The position numbers were made by a program, and so were the translations under genes. From the human T2T-CHM13v2.0 reference genome, Homo sapiens, in NCBI RefSeq assembly GCF_009914755.1, contig NC_060926.1: 64,000 bases of DNA. The stretch is one strand, 5' to 3'. The notes below the pieces were generated by a model, which saw only the letters and a program-made list of their open reading frames with translations, ran no database searches and was not told the origin of the DNA. Each line of letters begins with the position of its first letter. Position 1 is the stretch's first letter. Of this stretch, positions 12,463 to 26,544 are shown in pieces.

Positions 12463-14774
12463 CTGCAGAGGAAACACCGGGGCGGGCAGTGAGGCACATT
12501 CTCGTAGGGAGAGACAGGTGAGGTACCTGAGGGACCCAAATGCCAGGGAAATGGCTGAGACTCCAAGGGCACCATTCTCAGCCTCACCTGCCTCACAACG
12601 TGCAGGCTACTGGTCCCTGAAGGCAGTGTGGGCAAACTCCCAACACGCTGAGCAAGACATACATGTTGCTTCCAATGCCTAATATGCCTCTGTCTGCCAG
12701 GGCCACAGGTAGGAAGGCCCACCCTGAACCAGTGTGATTTTAAGCCACTGTCCACAACTTCCTCTAAGAAAAGCCTCTCCCTGCCCTGCCAGGCCCACCA
12801 CATTAACAGCCGTGCAGCTCCTGAGTGGCCTCCTGACTCCAGCCCCTGACCTGTCCATTCTCCACTCACAGTGTCCCCAGCCATCAGCTGACAGCATCCA
12901 TAGAGGCCACTGCTGTGCAGCAGTGACGCAGAGGTGTTCACAGGGGCCCTGGCCTCTGGAGGCAGCCCTGCCGTCCTAAGGGAGAGCCCGGCTGAGAATG
13001 GACAGTGGGCTTTGGGTCAAGAGATGCTCCCCAGTCCCTTAAAGACCAGCCTCGCTCCAACAGGAAAGAGAAAAGAACCCAGGAGGGACCCCTGAGGGGG
13101 AGACAGGTGAGCCTGGATGGTGGGAAGAGCCACCAGCATGAGGACCAGCCACAGGAACTTGGGGAGAGCAGCCGGGTGTGCCCATGCATGCCCATCCACC
13201 GGTGACCAAGGGACATGGCACCTGAGGCGGAGGGCAGGGCAGGTTCCAGGCAGCTGCTGACTCCCAGGAGGAGCAGTACTATCCCAGCTTGACAGCAGCC
13301 CCTGCGACCTCCACACAGCCCAACACCCACAGCCTCAAGCATGACCAGGGCCAGCAGCGTCCATACCCAGCAGAGGCATGCAGTGAGAGGACAGAAAAGA
13401 GAATATAATGCAGGCATCGCCTGATGTTGGGGAGGCCGGTGCTGCAGGCAACAATCTACTGACCCCAGAGGGACGCAGACCCAAGCAGGCAAGTGGAGAA
13501 TGGGCAGCCCGCTGCTCCATGGTAACCACAGCCCAGGCCACCAGGAGGCGCACGGGGCCGTGCATCTACAACAGTCAGCCGGAGGCCACACCCTCCTTAC
13601 ATGTTATGTCACCCCTAAAACAGCAGCAGCAACAGCAATAACTGAGCTAATAACAGAACCAACCCAGCTGAGGGGTGAATCAGGAAATGATTAAGCTGAG
13701 GAAATTCCCCAAAACAGCAGAAGCACAAAGACATATAAAGCACTCCAAAACAAAATCAGGGTACATGAGAGAGAGAGCTGGGGTTCTAACGTCTCTCAGG
13801 TAGGAGCTCCAGGCCAGTAGGGAGAGCACAATAGAGAGAAATACTAGAGAAATAATGCAAGAAAATTTCACAGACCCACAGCTCTGACCCAGTGCTAAGG
13901 TGACTTAATAAGGAGGGAGGGAATTAACCCTTACATAGACACAGGAGGCAGGGGGGCATCACACTTCTCATTAAGTCCCACGAGTCCCAGAAGGACAGAA
14001 GACAGTGAGACAGGACCTTCAAAGGTCTAAGGGAAAACAGTTTGGAACCAGAATTCTGTATCTAGCTAATCTATTATTCAATCAAGAGGGTAACATGGTG
14101 ACATTTTCAGTAACATGAGGGCTCAGTTTCCCACCACGGATCCTCTCCACGAGGATGTCCAATGACACTCTGCAGAGAGCACAGAAGGAATCCAAGAGGA
14201 AGCTGCAAGGTGCAAAATGCATTGAAGAGCAAAGAAACCCCTGGACTACTGCCAGGTCCAGGTGAGACTGGCAGTTAGAGTGGGACTTGAAGCCACAACT
14301 GCGCAGCATGGTGGAGGGAGGCAACCCCGAGAGTCCCATTCCTCCTGGGAGTCAGCAGCTGCCTGGAACCTGCCCTGCCCTCTGCCTCAGATGCCCCAGC
14401 CACCTCCCTGGGTTACCAGTGGATGGGCATGCATGGGCATGAGCACTGGGACTTGTGTCTGCCACAGTGCTGATGTTCTGCTCTTGCTGGTCTTCAGACC
14501 TGGGAGAAGGTGTCAATCAAGATGAACTGCTCTTGTGAGACACAGGGCCAGAAATTAAAACTATTCAATCCCTCTAGGCCCAGAGACTATCGTAAAAGAG
14601 GTGAGCACATGAGATTGCAAGGGGCAATTCTGAGGGATAAAACTAGTTCAGAGTTTTTCTATAAATTAACATTAATATCAAAAGTACGTGGTTACAAGGC
14701 CAGTGTCTGGGCCCCAGTGTCAAAATAATAGGGTTTTCTTCGAGATCTGATTTGCTCTTTAATAGAAAATTGTT

Positions 14775-15070
14775 GGCTGGACGCGGTATCTCACACCTGT
14801 AATCCCAGCACTTCGGGAGGCCAAGGTGGGCAGATCACTAGGTCAGGAGTTCAAGACCAGCCTGGCCAACATGGTGAAACCTCGCCTCTACTAAAAATAC
14901 AAAAATTAGCTAGGTGTGGCGGCAGGCGCCTGTAATCCCAGCTACTCAGGAGGCTGGGGCAGGAAAATCACTTGAACCCAGGAGGCGGAGGCTGCAGTGA
15001 GCTGAGATTTTGCCACTGCACTCCAGCTTGGGCGACAGAGTGAGACTCAGTCTCAAAAAAAAAGAAAAAG
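14775..15070 (+). mobile_element. AluS
   Basis: Full dimer, TSD agaaaattgt. Confidence 0.9.
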
Positions 15071-15193
15071 AAAATTGTAAAAGGTTATAAACGTTTTATG
15101 GAAGTCTTACCTTGTGATGTTTAAACTGACTAAAATAGACTCGTTTACAAGGTTTTATTAAAATTAGCTTTAACATTCATAATACAAGGGTAA

Positions 15194-15524
<331 letters not shown>

Positions 15525-17050
15525 AATAATAAAATATTTTTGTTTCCCTTTTGAGTAAACTGCAGGGAAAAAAAAAGGAGGGACAGATTCAGTTGGCCTC
15601 ATGCTGTCTTTATTAGGTCTTACTGTTTGGGAAACTGATTCTCCAATCAAAGAGTAAAGGTTTTTGTGGGGTTTTTTTTTTTTTTTGAAATATTTGAATT
15701 ATTTTGGCTAAAGGATTGGCAATTGTATAGTGACCTGTGAACCTGTTTTATAATATCAAGTGTCTTTAACCTTTGATATATGACAAACTCCAAAAGCAAA
15801 ATTTCAAGTTTTAAATTCAGTCTTCTTTACCTCAAACTACCTTTTTGGGGGGTATTGGGTCCCTAAAGTCCTAGAGAGACATATTAGGCTTATTTGGCAC
15901 GTTAGAATTTTACAGAAAGTATTGTCAAATGCAAAGTGGTGTTTAACCTTCTCTAGGTTATATGTATACAGATACGTTGTTCCTATGTGTTCCAGGATTG
16001 CATGACATTCCTGAAATTCTGATCTGTCTTAATATATGTTGCCAGTGGTTATCCTAATTATTGTTAAGTTGTTGTCTGACACAGAAATAACCAAATTTCC
16101 TTGTCAACTGTGTCTTTAACTATGGCTGTCCTAAAACTTTTGTCATCCACAATTATTGTTTTGTTTTCTTTTCACAAAGTGACTTACAATCAATCAGCTA
16201 CCATCCAGGGCTTACTTCTTTGGGGGAGTTCATGGAAAGGACTATTGAATGCATGTTTCTGATAACTTTGGAGATTGTGCCATTGGATTAGAGAGGAAAC
16301 TTCCAGGACTCTAACTAAAAAGCTGGTGTTAACCCGGTATGACTGCTAACCCAGTATGAAGCAAAGCAGGAGGTGACTGCATGGACTGAGGTAACGGAGG
16401 ACTGAAATAATTGTTAATGGCTTCTTTTTGAAACACTGCTGTTTCTTTTTGTTTCATTTTTTGGAGTCTGGAAAGCTTTTCTCTTTTAAGCTGTTTATAT
16501 CCATTAAAAATTGAGTAGAGTATATACTCTTGCAAACAGAATTTGAAGCTTTTTTCTCTGTCTCCCTGACTTCTCCAGAATTTGGAAACTATGCAAATAT
16601 TTTTAATTCATGGCAATGTATTTGTTTGCATACATTTATTAGGAATCTGTTTTTTATAATGGGACAAAGTTGGAAGAACTGGTTATTCTCCCAGGGCTTT
16701 GACTGGAATGGCACATTTTCAGAATAAGCAGATTGCTTTGAGAAATTGAGATTGACTTTATAGAGTCAATGAGAACCTCTTAGAATAACTGGCCTCATAC
16801 CTTGTCTATGCAATTCCTTTGCACACTTCCGGGCATGTGGTAAGTGGACCGTGTCACTTTCTGTCAGGCCCAGGAACCTCAAGTTGTTTTGGGACCTTGA
16901 GAAGACTGGTTCTCCCAATTCATGCAGGGATCTGAAGGTACAGATGGATCCTTGGCTTGGCCTGAGAGGTCTTTGAGGTAGAGTCTGAGATTCCTTGTGA
17001 AATATTCCCGCAAAGCCAACTTAGGATAGCCTGTATAGGCAATGACTCTT

Positions 17051-17379
<329 letters not shown>

Positions 17380-19729
17380 TCAGGCCACTGAAGCTTATTT
17401 TGCAGGTAGGTTGTTCTTGCTGTGATTTGCCTTTGGTGGAAGTGGGGGATTGGAAAGAAAGATTGCATTTTAGAAAAAAACTCTAGTATCAGATTAACCT
17501 TTGATTCTTGGGAAGCCGCAGGGACACCCATGGTGTGCAGCTGCCCACGACGCCCCTCCTCAGCATGAAGCAGCGAGACGGATGCGTGGCCTGATTCCTC
17601 ATGATTGAGGAATTGACGAATGGGGGGGAAGGGTGTTGAAACGGGCCCAATTGTCCCATAGAACTGATGTCTATGGTTTCTTTTAAATAAACATAGAAAT
17701 TGACCCTTCCATTCTTTAAAACTTGGGAACGTTACATTTGTCTTATCTGAGCTCCTTCCTCAGGAAACCAACCAGCAGTCCTCCTAAATAGTATCAAGGA
17801 ACAGAGACTCACTAGATCACAGCATCTGGACAGTGAGACCCTAGACCCCTCACCCATCATGCCTGCCTCTGGGACCACCAGCTTCTTGCTGACCAACTCT
17901 TTTTTCTTAGCCCTCCTAATTCCTGCTTTCCCACACGTGGTTATATTTCTTCCCTGCTATGAAACCCCCAATTTTAGTCGGTTGAGGACAGGGTTTGAGA
18001 ACAATCTCCTGCTCTCCCTGGTGCAGCACCCAATTAAAGCCTTCTTCTCTGGCAGTACCTGTCATCTCACTGATTGGCTTTCTGTGCAGTAAGCAGCAGG
18101 ATCTAGACCGAACCCCTGGCGTTTTGGTGACATGTTCATTTCTGAACCCACTCAAATATTTTAATTTTTAAAAACTTTCTATTTGAAAGATAAATGTGTA
18201 AATAATACATTCCTGATCAGCTATGAACAGGTGAATAAACATGTGACACAGTGAAGGATGTCCGTGCCCAGTTTAAAGGTTGTGACCTTAATCAGTTTCA
18301 AAGACGGAGTCCAATCAGTAAACCTAAAAAGGTATGAAATTATCCTGAGTCTTAAACCAAAAATTCTGTTTTCTGTGTAATCTTACACTTGGAAGAAAAG
18401 TTTAATTTCCAAGCTGAAAGGCTGTGCACTAAGGGGCCTGGACAGTGAGACCCGCCTGCCCTCAAACACTCAATGCCGCCTGAGTGACAACTGGCAAGGC
18501 TGGTGCCCAGAGAGAGCCATCAGCTCTCACCCCATCAACACCCTGTGAAGAAGGTAAAGTGCTGAAACGATGGACGAGTGTTTACACAACCGGAGAAGAA
18601 AAACAAAATCTACAAATAAATTTCACAGCCAAGTGGACAGAAGCCCATCATGGGTCTGCATAATGGGCCCCCTGTTCTGGGGGCACCCAAAGGTGGCCCT
18701 GGTGCCAGTTCGTCACCCGTCTGGAATCTTCACAGCCACTGTGGACAGCAGTGGTTTCTTGAGTGTGGATGGGTGGATGCACTGAACGGAAAATTGTGAT
18801 GGGGTTGGTCTAGATGTTAAATTAGAGAAATGATTGTAGGGTCCTTCAAAATACAAAGAGAAAGAATGACAACAAGGGTTCAGGCAAAGGGATGAAATAC
18901 AACAGATAACGTCACGTTAAAGTGAACAGGAAACGCCGCAGTGAGCCCACGCTTGCTGTCATACTTCCATCTCGCCCCATCCCCTGTGAACCTAACGAGG
19001 CCCTCATGGACTGACGGAGCTGCGAGAGAAGCCTGGCCTCACCCCAGACGCCTCTGAGAGGAGGAGCAGTCATGGGCAGCGACCGATTCCATTCCAGAGC
19101 AGTGGAAATTCGGGAAGGAAGCCCTTCCAGCAGCTGTGCTGTGGGAAGGGCTGCAGGAATCTGGGGCCAAGCACGGGGGTACACACTGCCCAGGGGGACA
19201 GGTGGGAAAAGGAGAGTTGTTTGAACGAGCTAAGCCCATAAAGCCCTGAGTCCCCAGTGAAACTCAGCAGAAACACTAAACTTTCTTCGAAGAACTAGCA
19301 GGCTAATTTATTCCAGAGCAAAATGCCCTGTGAAGCCGCTTGCTCACGGGTGGGTGTGGCCTCAGAGAGGGAAGAAGCCGTCCGCTGGGAAAGGCACTTC
19401 TTAAGAAAAAAAATATAAAATCAGATTCCCCTTCGAAGATTTTTTCTCAGCTAAATATTTTGCGGCTGGATCTGTTGAGCTAAAGATAAAACCTCAGCAC
19501 CAAAACCCTTTGCCTCTCCTGCCTGCGTCCTTGTGATGCTGAGCGTGGGTTGAAAGGAGGCCCGCCTCCTCCTGAATATAAGTCTCCCCTTTCCAAGGGG
19601 CCTTCAGGATGCGCTTCCCCTTAGTTTGCTTCAACACTGGGAAAAAAATCACACGGATCGTGAAGTACTCTAAAAACTAGCTCGGTGTCCAAATCCTGTC
19701 TGGGGACATGGGTGAAAGAGCGGGCTGTG

Positions 19730-20160
19730 GGACCCCCCACTGCGGCGCGCCGTCATCACTCACAGCCCAGGTGGTCGCCTGCAAGAGCCCACCCCTCTCT
19801 TCCGCGCCTAGGTGGAGCGAGGAGCTTCCCGGCCAGTGCCCGGGAGTCTGCTGCGCTCGTCCCGGCGCCCGCCCGCCGCGGCTCCTACCTGCGGCGGAAA
19901 GCAGATGTCGGTCCTCGCCCCGTGCTCCAGCAGCAGCCTCACCCCATCCACGTCCCCGGCCTTCACAGCAAGGAACAGGACCTGCATGGGCACGCAGCAC
20001 AGGTTGGGGTCCGCGCCCCGGCGCAGCAGCAGCTTGATGGTCCGCCAGCGCTTCCTCCGCCTGAAAAAGACGGTGCGCCCGTGGGCCCCTGGAGGGCAGG
20101 CACCTGCACTGCGCCCAGAACGGGGCCATGCCAGCGAGGAGGCTGGGGAGGGGCGCGTAG
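19730..20160. promoter_or_regulatory. Intragenic CpG island over ANKMY1 coding exon 8
   Basis: Local CpG cluster (cccggcgcccgcccgccgcg etc.) with CpG-poor flanks. Confidence 0.6.
19889..20060 (-). CDS. ANKMY1: ANKMY1 coding exon 8 ([19 protein letters not shown]...[18 protein letters not shown]), ankyrin repeats
   Basis: tttcAG|G acceptor, CAG|GTAGGA donor; 172 nt, phase 2-0. Confidence 0.95.
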
Positions 20161-20179
20161 GGAGTATGTGTGTGCCGCA

Positions 20180-20537
20180 ACTACACAATCACACACACAG
20201 CACACACCCACACACGCAGACACACCACACAGCACACAACTACACACAAGCCACACCAGAGCGCACACACACGGCACACACAGCACACCACACAGCACAC
20301 TCACAACCACACCCACAGCACACCACACAGTACACACAGCACACAACCCCACACACAAGCCACACCAGAGCGCACACACCATAGCACAGCGCACACCACA
20401 CAGTACGCACACGGCACACCACACACCAGAGCACACAAACCACACTACACATACAGCACACAACCACACAAACCACACACACACCACACACACCACTCAC
20501 ACCACAAAGACACAAACACACAGGCGCACACACACCT
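20180..20537. repeat. Degenerate (CA)n tract
   Basis: cacacacagcacacacc... for about 350 bp. Confidence 0.9.
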
Positions 20538-20936
20538 CTGAGGGGTCACTGAAAGGCTGGCCAGGTCAGGAGTAAACTGTGCCTCCAGAGAAAACTTGGG
20601 CCTCAAGAGAGGCTGGGACCAGGTGGGTGGGGGTTGTGCAGCCGCGCAGGGCTGAGGGAGGAGGGGACTGGGGGTAGGGGGCCCAGATGGCAGCGGGAAT
20701 GACCATGAGGGCAGGGCAGGTGTAGGATCGAGCCAAGCCCACTGGCCCTGCAGTAGGCACAGAATCGGAGCCGCGGGAACTAGATCGTCCTTGAGCACTT
20801 GAGCAGCAGCCTCCAGCCCAGTCTCCAGACCCGTCTCCAGACCCTGACCACTCGGAAGCCCAGGGAGCTGCGTTGACGTGGGTGCTGGCTCTCCTTGTCT
20901 GCCGCTACCATGTAAAGCTCAAAAACTGTCAAAACA

Positions 20937-21015
20937 TGTCCAGGATCTATGCCTTTCTGGTGGGTTGTTGGTCTCGCTGACTTCAAGAACGAAGTCGCGG
21001 AACTCGCGGTGTTAC

Positions 21016-21046
<31 letters not shown>

Positions 21047-21813
21047 GAGACAGTCTCGCCCTGTCGCCCAGGCTGGAGTGCAGTGGCGCGATGCCACTCA
21101 CTGCAAGCTCCGCCTCCCAGGTTCAAGTTATTCTCCTGCCTCAGCCTCCCAAGTAGCCGGGACTACAGGCACCCGCCACCACGCCTGGCTAATTTTTTGT
21201 ATTTTTAGTAGAGACGGGGTTTCACCGTGTTAGCCAGGATGGTCTCCATCTCCTGACCTCGTGATCCACCTGCCTCGGCCTCCCAAAGTGCTGGGATTAC
21301 AGGAGTGAGCCACTGCGCCTGGCCCCCCTTTACAGCTCTTAAACATGGTGTGTCTGGAATTTCTTCCTTCCGGTGAGTTCATGGTCTCACTGACTTCAAG
21401 AATGAAGCTGTGGACCTTCACTGGCAAGTGTTAACATCTCTTAAAGGTGATGCGGACCAAAAAGTGAGCAGCAGCAAGATTTATTGTGAAGACTGAAAGA
21501 ACAAAGCTTCCACAGCACAGAAAGGAAACTAAGCAGGTTGTCGCTGCAGGCTGGTGGGGAGCCTGGCGGTGGCCAGCTTTTATTCCCTTTTTTGGCCCCG
21601 CCCACATCCTGCTGACTGGTCCATTTTACAGACCACTGATTGGTCCATTTTACAGAACGCTGATTGGTCAATTTTACAGAGTGCTGATTGGTGCATTTAC
21701 AATCCTTTAGCTAGACACTGAGCATTGATTGGTGCATTTACAATCCTTTAGCTAGACACAAAAGTTCTCCAAGTCCCCACCCAACCCAGAAGCTCAGCTG
21801 GCTTCACCTCTCA
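20937..21813 (-). mobile_element. Short LTR12(F)-like solo LTR containing an AluY
   Basis: Minus strand begins TGAGAGGTGAAGCCAGCTG; repeated CTGATTGG (CCAAT) units at 21610-21760. Confidence 0.75.
21019..21324 (-). mobile_element. AluY-like inside the LTR12-like element
   Basis: Long poly-T; ttagccaggatggtctc. Confidence 0.9.
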
Positions 21814-23003
21814 ATAATGCTCACCAACTTGTTAACCATAACAAACCCACTGCATGTTACTAATAAGTAACACTGTCACAAAAAGTTATTTTACAAAACA
21901 AAACCAGTTGGGGAGAAGGATGGCACTGTTTTCCACCTTTGCTGGATTCCCCTATCTGCTCTGCACAGCCTTGGTGGAAGTGAGTGGAGATTCAGCCTCC
22001 CCCAGGTACGCGGCTGGACGAAGGAGTATTTGAGCAGCCTTTCTGATCATCGTGGTCTTCCTATTTGAACTACATGAACCCAGGCTGGGGGTGGTGAGCT
22101 AGCTACCTGGCGGAGCTGGACACTCATGAACCAGCCTTCTGCGCCTGGCTGCACTGAAGCCCACGGGCCCACCTCTCACTGTCAATGGATCTTCACCCAC
22201 CTGGCAATGGTTCAACATCAGAACTTGGCCGTGTGGGAAAAGCTGGCTCACCAATAGAAGAGATCTGGGCACTGTCGGCATGTCTTCAGGCAGTATCACA
22301 AAACTGCGCTGCTAACGCCATCTCACGTGAAAAACCTCTGAACACCCATGTCTCAAAGTTAAGGGAAGCTATGAAGGTCTTGGTGGTGGTGGCAAGTGTC
22401 CAGAATTCTGCTATTCACTTGAAAATGTAAATTTCGCCAGCAACAAATAGTGTCATATGTTTTCCTTAAAGTGGCAGGCTGTGTTCAGGAGAATGAACAG
22501 CCACATACCAGTGGTCATTCTTCCAATCAAAAATGGGGCAGGAGGTTGGGAAGATGCCGCATTCTATTGCTACTCTGGCCCTGGGGGAAGCGCTTCTTGC
22601 GGGGAAGCGGTGTGCCTTGGTCTGTGGCAGACACACATCAGTGTCCTTCCCATGTTTTCCAACCCAGAATATTCGAGGGGTGTGTACGCAAGGAGCAAGA
22701 TTTAATGCAATTTGTCATTGCTTTTCTGCTTTGTCAAAGGCATTCTTCAGTGAGACAGGCATCCCCGCAAGTGCACACCGTGGTGAAGGAATACCATGCC
22801 CCCAAGCAGGCCGGGCACTGCTGCCCTGCACGCTGGGGGCTGGTGGTCTGCACGGCCCTGTCTTCATACCATCCACCAACATCAACACAAGGAGAAGGCT
22901 AACAGAGTCTCAGGGTTATCAAGAGAATCATTTTGACCCCACAGACTCCCTGAAAGGGTCTTGGACCCCCGGGGGTGCATAGACCACATTTTGAGACACA
23001 CTG
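21814..23003. mobile_element. Charlie1-like hAT DNA transposon remnant
   Basis: Terminal ccctgaaagggtc...agaccacattttgaga.ac.ctg motif; heavily decayed. Confidence 0.5.
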
Positions 23004-23146
23004 GTATAGACAGGGTGGACAGCAGGGGTGTGAGAGCTGCCCAGGCAGGTGTCACTCACGTGCACTATGGCTAGGATAGGACCCCTGACAGTGGCCCCTG
23101 CTGAGGCTCCCACAGAGACACTTCAGGCCAGTGCCAAAGGCCAAAG

Positions 23147-23250
23147 CAGGGCTGGCGTGGTACTGAAAACAGCCCGTCACCGTGGCACCCCCACAGGGCT
23201 GGGGTGGCACTGAAAACAGCCCGTCACCGTGGCACCCCCACAGGGCTGGC
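23147..23250. repeat. 47-bp tandem duplication
   Basis: actgaaaacagcccgtcaccgtggcacccccacagggctgg at 23162 and 23209. Confidence 0.88.
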
Positions 23251-23411
23251 CATGGCGTGGAGCCACCGACACAGGGATGCTCACACATTCAGACACACAT
23301 CTCCAGACACAACGCCTCCCACTGGCACAGGGAAGAGACGTGGGTCTGCTGAGCATAGGATTCAGCCCTGATGGTGGCCCTCCACCCCCACCAGCTGGTG
23401 CCAGGACCTAC

Positions 23412-23908
23412 TCGATCATGGACAGCGCCATCCTCCGCATGGTCCCTTTGTCGAAGCTGCTGGTGCACGGTGAGGGCGAGGCCATCTTCAGCAAGCTGTG
23501 GGACTGGGCGCTTCTCTCCAGCATGGCCTGCGAGAGCTCGATGGAGAAGTCGCACACACACACGTTGGACTCAAATTTCGTCTCAGCACTGCACAGACTG
23601 CCCCGGTCTGTGTTTCCCAACACGTCCTCAAGCCCGCTTTCCACATGGCCAAGGCTGCCCTTCACCAACGGGGAGTCCCCCTTCAGAGAGCTGCTCCTGT
23701 GGTCTATGGACCCCCCACACTGCCCGGTGTCCTGGAAGTGGCCGCCCTCGTGGCTGCCTGAGACGCGTGGCAGGAGCAGTGGTGCTGGCGGTGGCCTCAG
23801 CTCATAGCTACCCTGGGAAGGCACGTTCACCTCATAGTACAGAGACTCCAGGTTTGTGTCCATAAATGATGATGAAAGGATTGGAACAACTGGGAATTTT
23901 GGAGGTTC
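23412..23908 (-). CDS. ANKMY1: ANKMY1 coding exon 7 (EPPKFPVVPILSSS...RRMALSMI), Ser/Gly-rich linker
   Basis: aaAG|GAA acceptor, GA|GTAGGT donor; 497 nt, phase 0-2; lies in ORF 23408..24223. Confidence 0.9.
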
Positions 23909-24455
23909 CTTTGGAAAGAACCAAAAAAGTGTCATTAGAATAAATTGGAGTGATAACCTCATTCTAGGACCTTCTTCAGCAAGGACCAATGCCCGTGGCC
24001 TAGAGCTGTCTTCAAAGCAGCTAGGCTGAAAAGACCAGGGCAGCTTTCCCCAAACCCTCAAAGAGAAAAGAACACCCCTGTGAAGGCATCGGACAGAAGC
24101 CTGCACCTGACCAGGCCACACCTCAGGCTGCATGGCCCTATACATGGCTGCTAAGCTCACAAAATGTGGCCTGTCCGCACCCAGGTGCTTAGAAGTGAAG
24201 GAGAGGTTGGAAAACGAAGGCAAATGCCTTAATGATGCTGCTTATATTGATCACACACCAAAATGATAGGATTTTTAATACATTAGGCTAAATTAAATAT
24301 ATTATTAAAATTAATTCCACCTGTTTTACTTTTTCATGTGGCTACCTCCCAAATTTTAATTACACGTTTTATTTCTGTCACATGGCACTGCCCTGGATCT
24401 GTTTGTGTTTTGAGCCATGGTTCCCAAAGTGTGGTCCCTGGACCAGTGGCATCAG

Positions 24456-24857
24456 TGAAACCAGCCCAAGAGTCCCACAGACAGTTGTTTTTGGATAAAC
24501 ATAGAAATCGACTCTTCTGTTAAAGCTTGAAAACTGTATTTGTTTTATCTGAGTTCCTTCCTCAGGAAAGGACCTTCAGGAAGCACCAGACAACTGCAAG
24601 CCACAAGATCACCACACCAGATGCCTCCTTGCCTTGTCCTAGTTCCTGTTTTCTTACACATTGTTACATTTCTTTCCTGCTACATAAACTCCCAGTGTTA
24701 GTCAGTCAGGGAGATGGACTTGAGACTGAGCTTCCAGCTCCTCAGCTGCAGCACCCGATTAAAGCCTTCTTCCTTGGCAATACTTGGCATCTCAGTGATT
24801 GGCTTTCTGTGTGGTGAGCAGCAGGACTGAGACCGAACCCCTGGTGTTTCAATAACA
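24456..24857 (+). mobile_element. Solo LTR of the same family as the 40386/51827 LTRs, inserted in a MER5A-like hAT remnant (about 24415-24905)
   Basis: TGAAACCAGCCC...AATAACA; TSD tcag/tcgg; flanks cccaaagtgtggtccctggaccag / gcagattctcag. Confidence 0.75.
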
Positions 24858-25211
24858 TCGGTACTGCCAGGAAACTGTTAGGCATGCAGATTCTCAGCCC
24901 CACCTTGGGGGCATTGTCATGGATGCCCACTCTCCCTCCACAGCACCCCTTTCCTGCACAGTGCTGGCAGGGCAGGTCTCGGGGCCCCAGGCTGCTATGC
25001 AGGAGATGAGTAAAGAACACACATCCCTTGGCATCTGCTCAGGGTCCCTTAGGGGATGCCCAGGCTCTGTCTCTCTTGCCCACTCCCTGCCTTATAACTC
25101 ACCCTGTACAAGCCTGGTCCACACAGGAGGGAGGAGGCTTGGTGGACATTTACAGAGACAGAGAAGACTACAGGAGACAGTTGGTGGTGCAGTGGCCACC
25201 GGGGGGCTTAC

Positions 25212-25376
25212 CTGGGGCTCAGGTATGGTCCGTTCAGCAACATTGGGCTTGAAGGACTGGGCGGGGTAGTGGAGGAGGAAACACATGCTGAGTGCCGTGA
25301 GACCCTCATCTGAGCACTTGTTCACGTCGGCCCCACAGTCCAGGAGAAGGTTGACAATGTCGTTGTGGCAGTGAGT
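25212..25376 (-). CDS. ANKMY1: ANKMY1 coding exon 6 ([20 protein letters not shown]...PEPQ), ankyrin repeat
   Basis: ccAG|ACT acceptor, CAG|GTAAGC donor; 165 nt; ankyrin motif IVxLLLxxGADVN. Confidence 0.95.
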
Positions 25377-25755
25377 CTGGAGGGAGATGAGGCAGGACTC
25401 AGGATGATGCACCTGGCCCTCAGGGGTGGGAAGGGTCACTGGGTGTCCTGATGCCCTCATGAGGCCACCCTATGGCAGGGCAGGAACCAGTGCTCATTCG
25501 GGAGCTTGGCAAAGGGACAAGTGTGGGACAGAGGAATGGAACAGGCACTCTGCCCCAAACCCTTCTGCACTGGACCACGAGTGTCACACTCAGCTGAGTG
25601 GGTTTCTGCTGAACGGCGAGGTGGAGGTGTGGACAATCAGTGTCCCCATGTACCTCAGCTCTGCTCCTGCAGAGGGGGCCACAGAGGGCCACCCACATGT
25701 GTGACCCTCACAGCTAAGCTCCTGCGGGCACCAGCTGGGAGGGTGTGGGGCTTAC

Positions 25756-25972
25756 AGCAGCCGCAGCAAGCACAGTGTAGCCCTTTGCGTCCGCCACGTC
25801 AGCACTAGCAAAGTTGTCCTTCAGGATCCTACAAATCCATTCGTGGTTCCCTTCCTCAGCCTTTAGGATCATCTCCATGGAAAGTTGCTCTTTGGGCCCA
25901 CAGGGTGCAAAGCCACTGCGCTTCCCCTCCAGGATGGCGCCCATGTTCCAGCTGGTGTGAGCTGGCTTGTTC
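25756..25972 (-). CDS. ANKMY1: ANKMY1 coding exon 5 (NKPAHTSWNMGAILEG...ADAKGYTVLAAAA), start of ankyrin repeats
   Basis: ccAG|G acceptor, GCT|GTAAGC donor; 217 nt, phase 2-0. Confidence 0.94.
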
Positions 25973-26544
25973 CTGGCAACACAACAAGTTTCAGTGGTCC
26001 TAGACCAGGTTCTGCACCTCCCACGAGAAAGGGTCCAGCTGGACCACCTCCCTCCAATGCCTCTCCCTCTTGTGGCTCAGCCCCCCACTGTTCACTCCTC
26101 AGGCACCCTGAGTGCTGGCAGCTGCACCCCCAGCTGCTCACGATCCACTAGGTTGCACACGGTGGTGCAGACATGCCACCTGGAGGTCAAGATGCTTGGG
26201 CTATATGTCTGTCCCGACAGGAATGTGCTGGCTGCGAGTACATCCATGCATCTCTGATTCATCTGGGTGTTTGCTAAGAAATGGGCTGTAACAGCAAAGG
26301 CCCTGGGTAGGATGGAGACCAACATACATGTGGTTCCAGTCTCAGCACCAACACCCACATTCCACCCTCTGCTCATCCATTTTTGTCTGAGTAGACAACA
26401 TGCATTATCTCATGGCTTACTCATCACACAACACTGATGCCTCCTGGTGTGTACACAACCCCTTTTCACAATCGAGAACCTGTGCATTATAGATGCTTCT
26501 GTACCTAACAGTCTTCAACAATTACAAGCCCAGTTGATGTCTGC

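Noticed and set aside
12938-13591. 217-aa minus-strand intronic ORF
   Set aside because: No homology motif, and the ANKMY1 frame is complete without it
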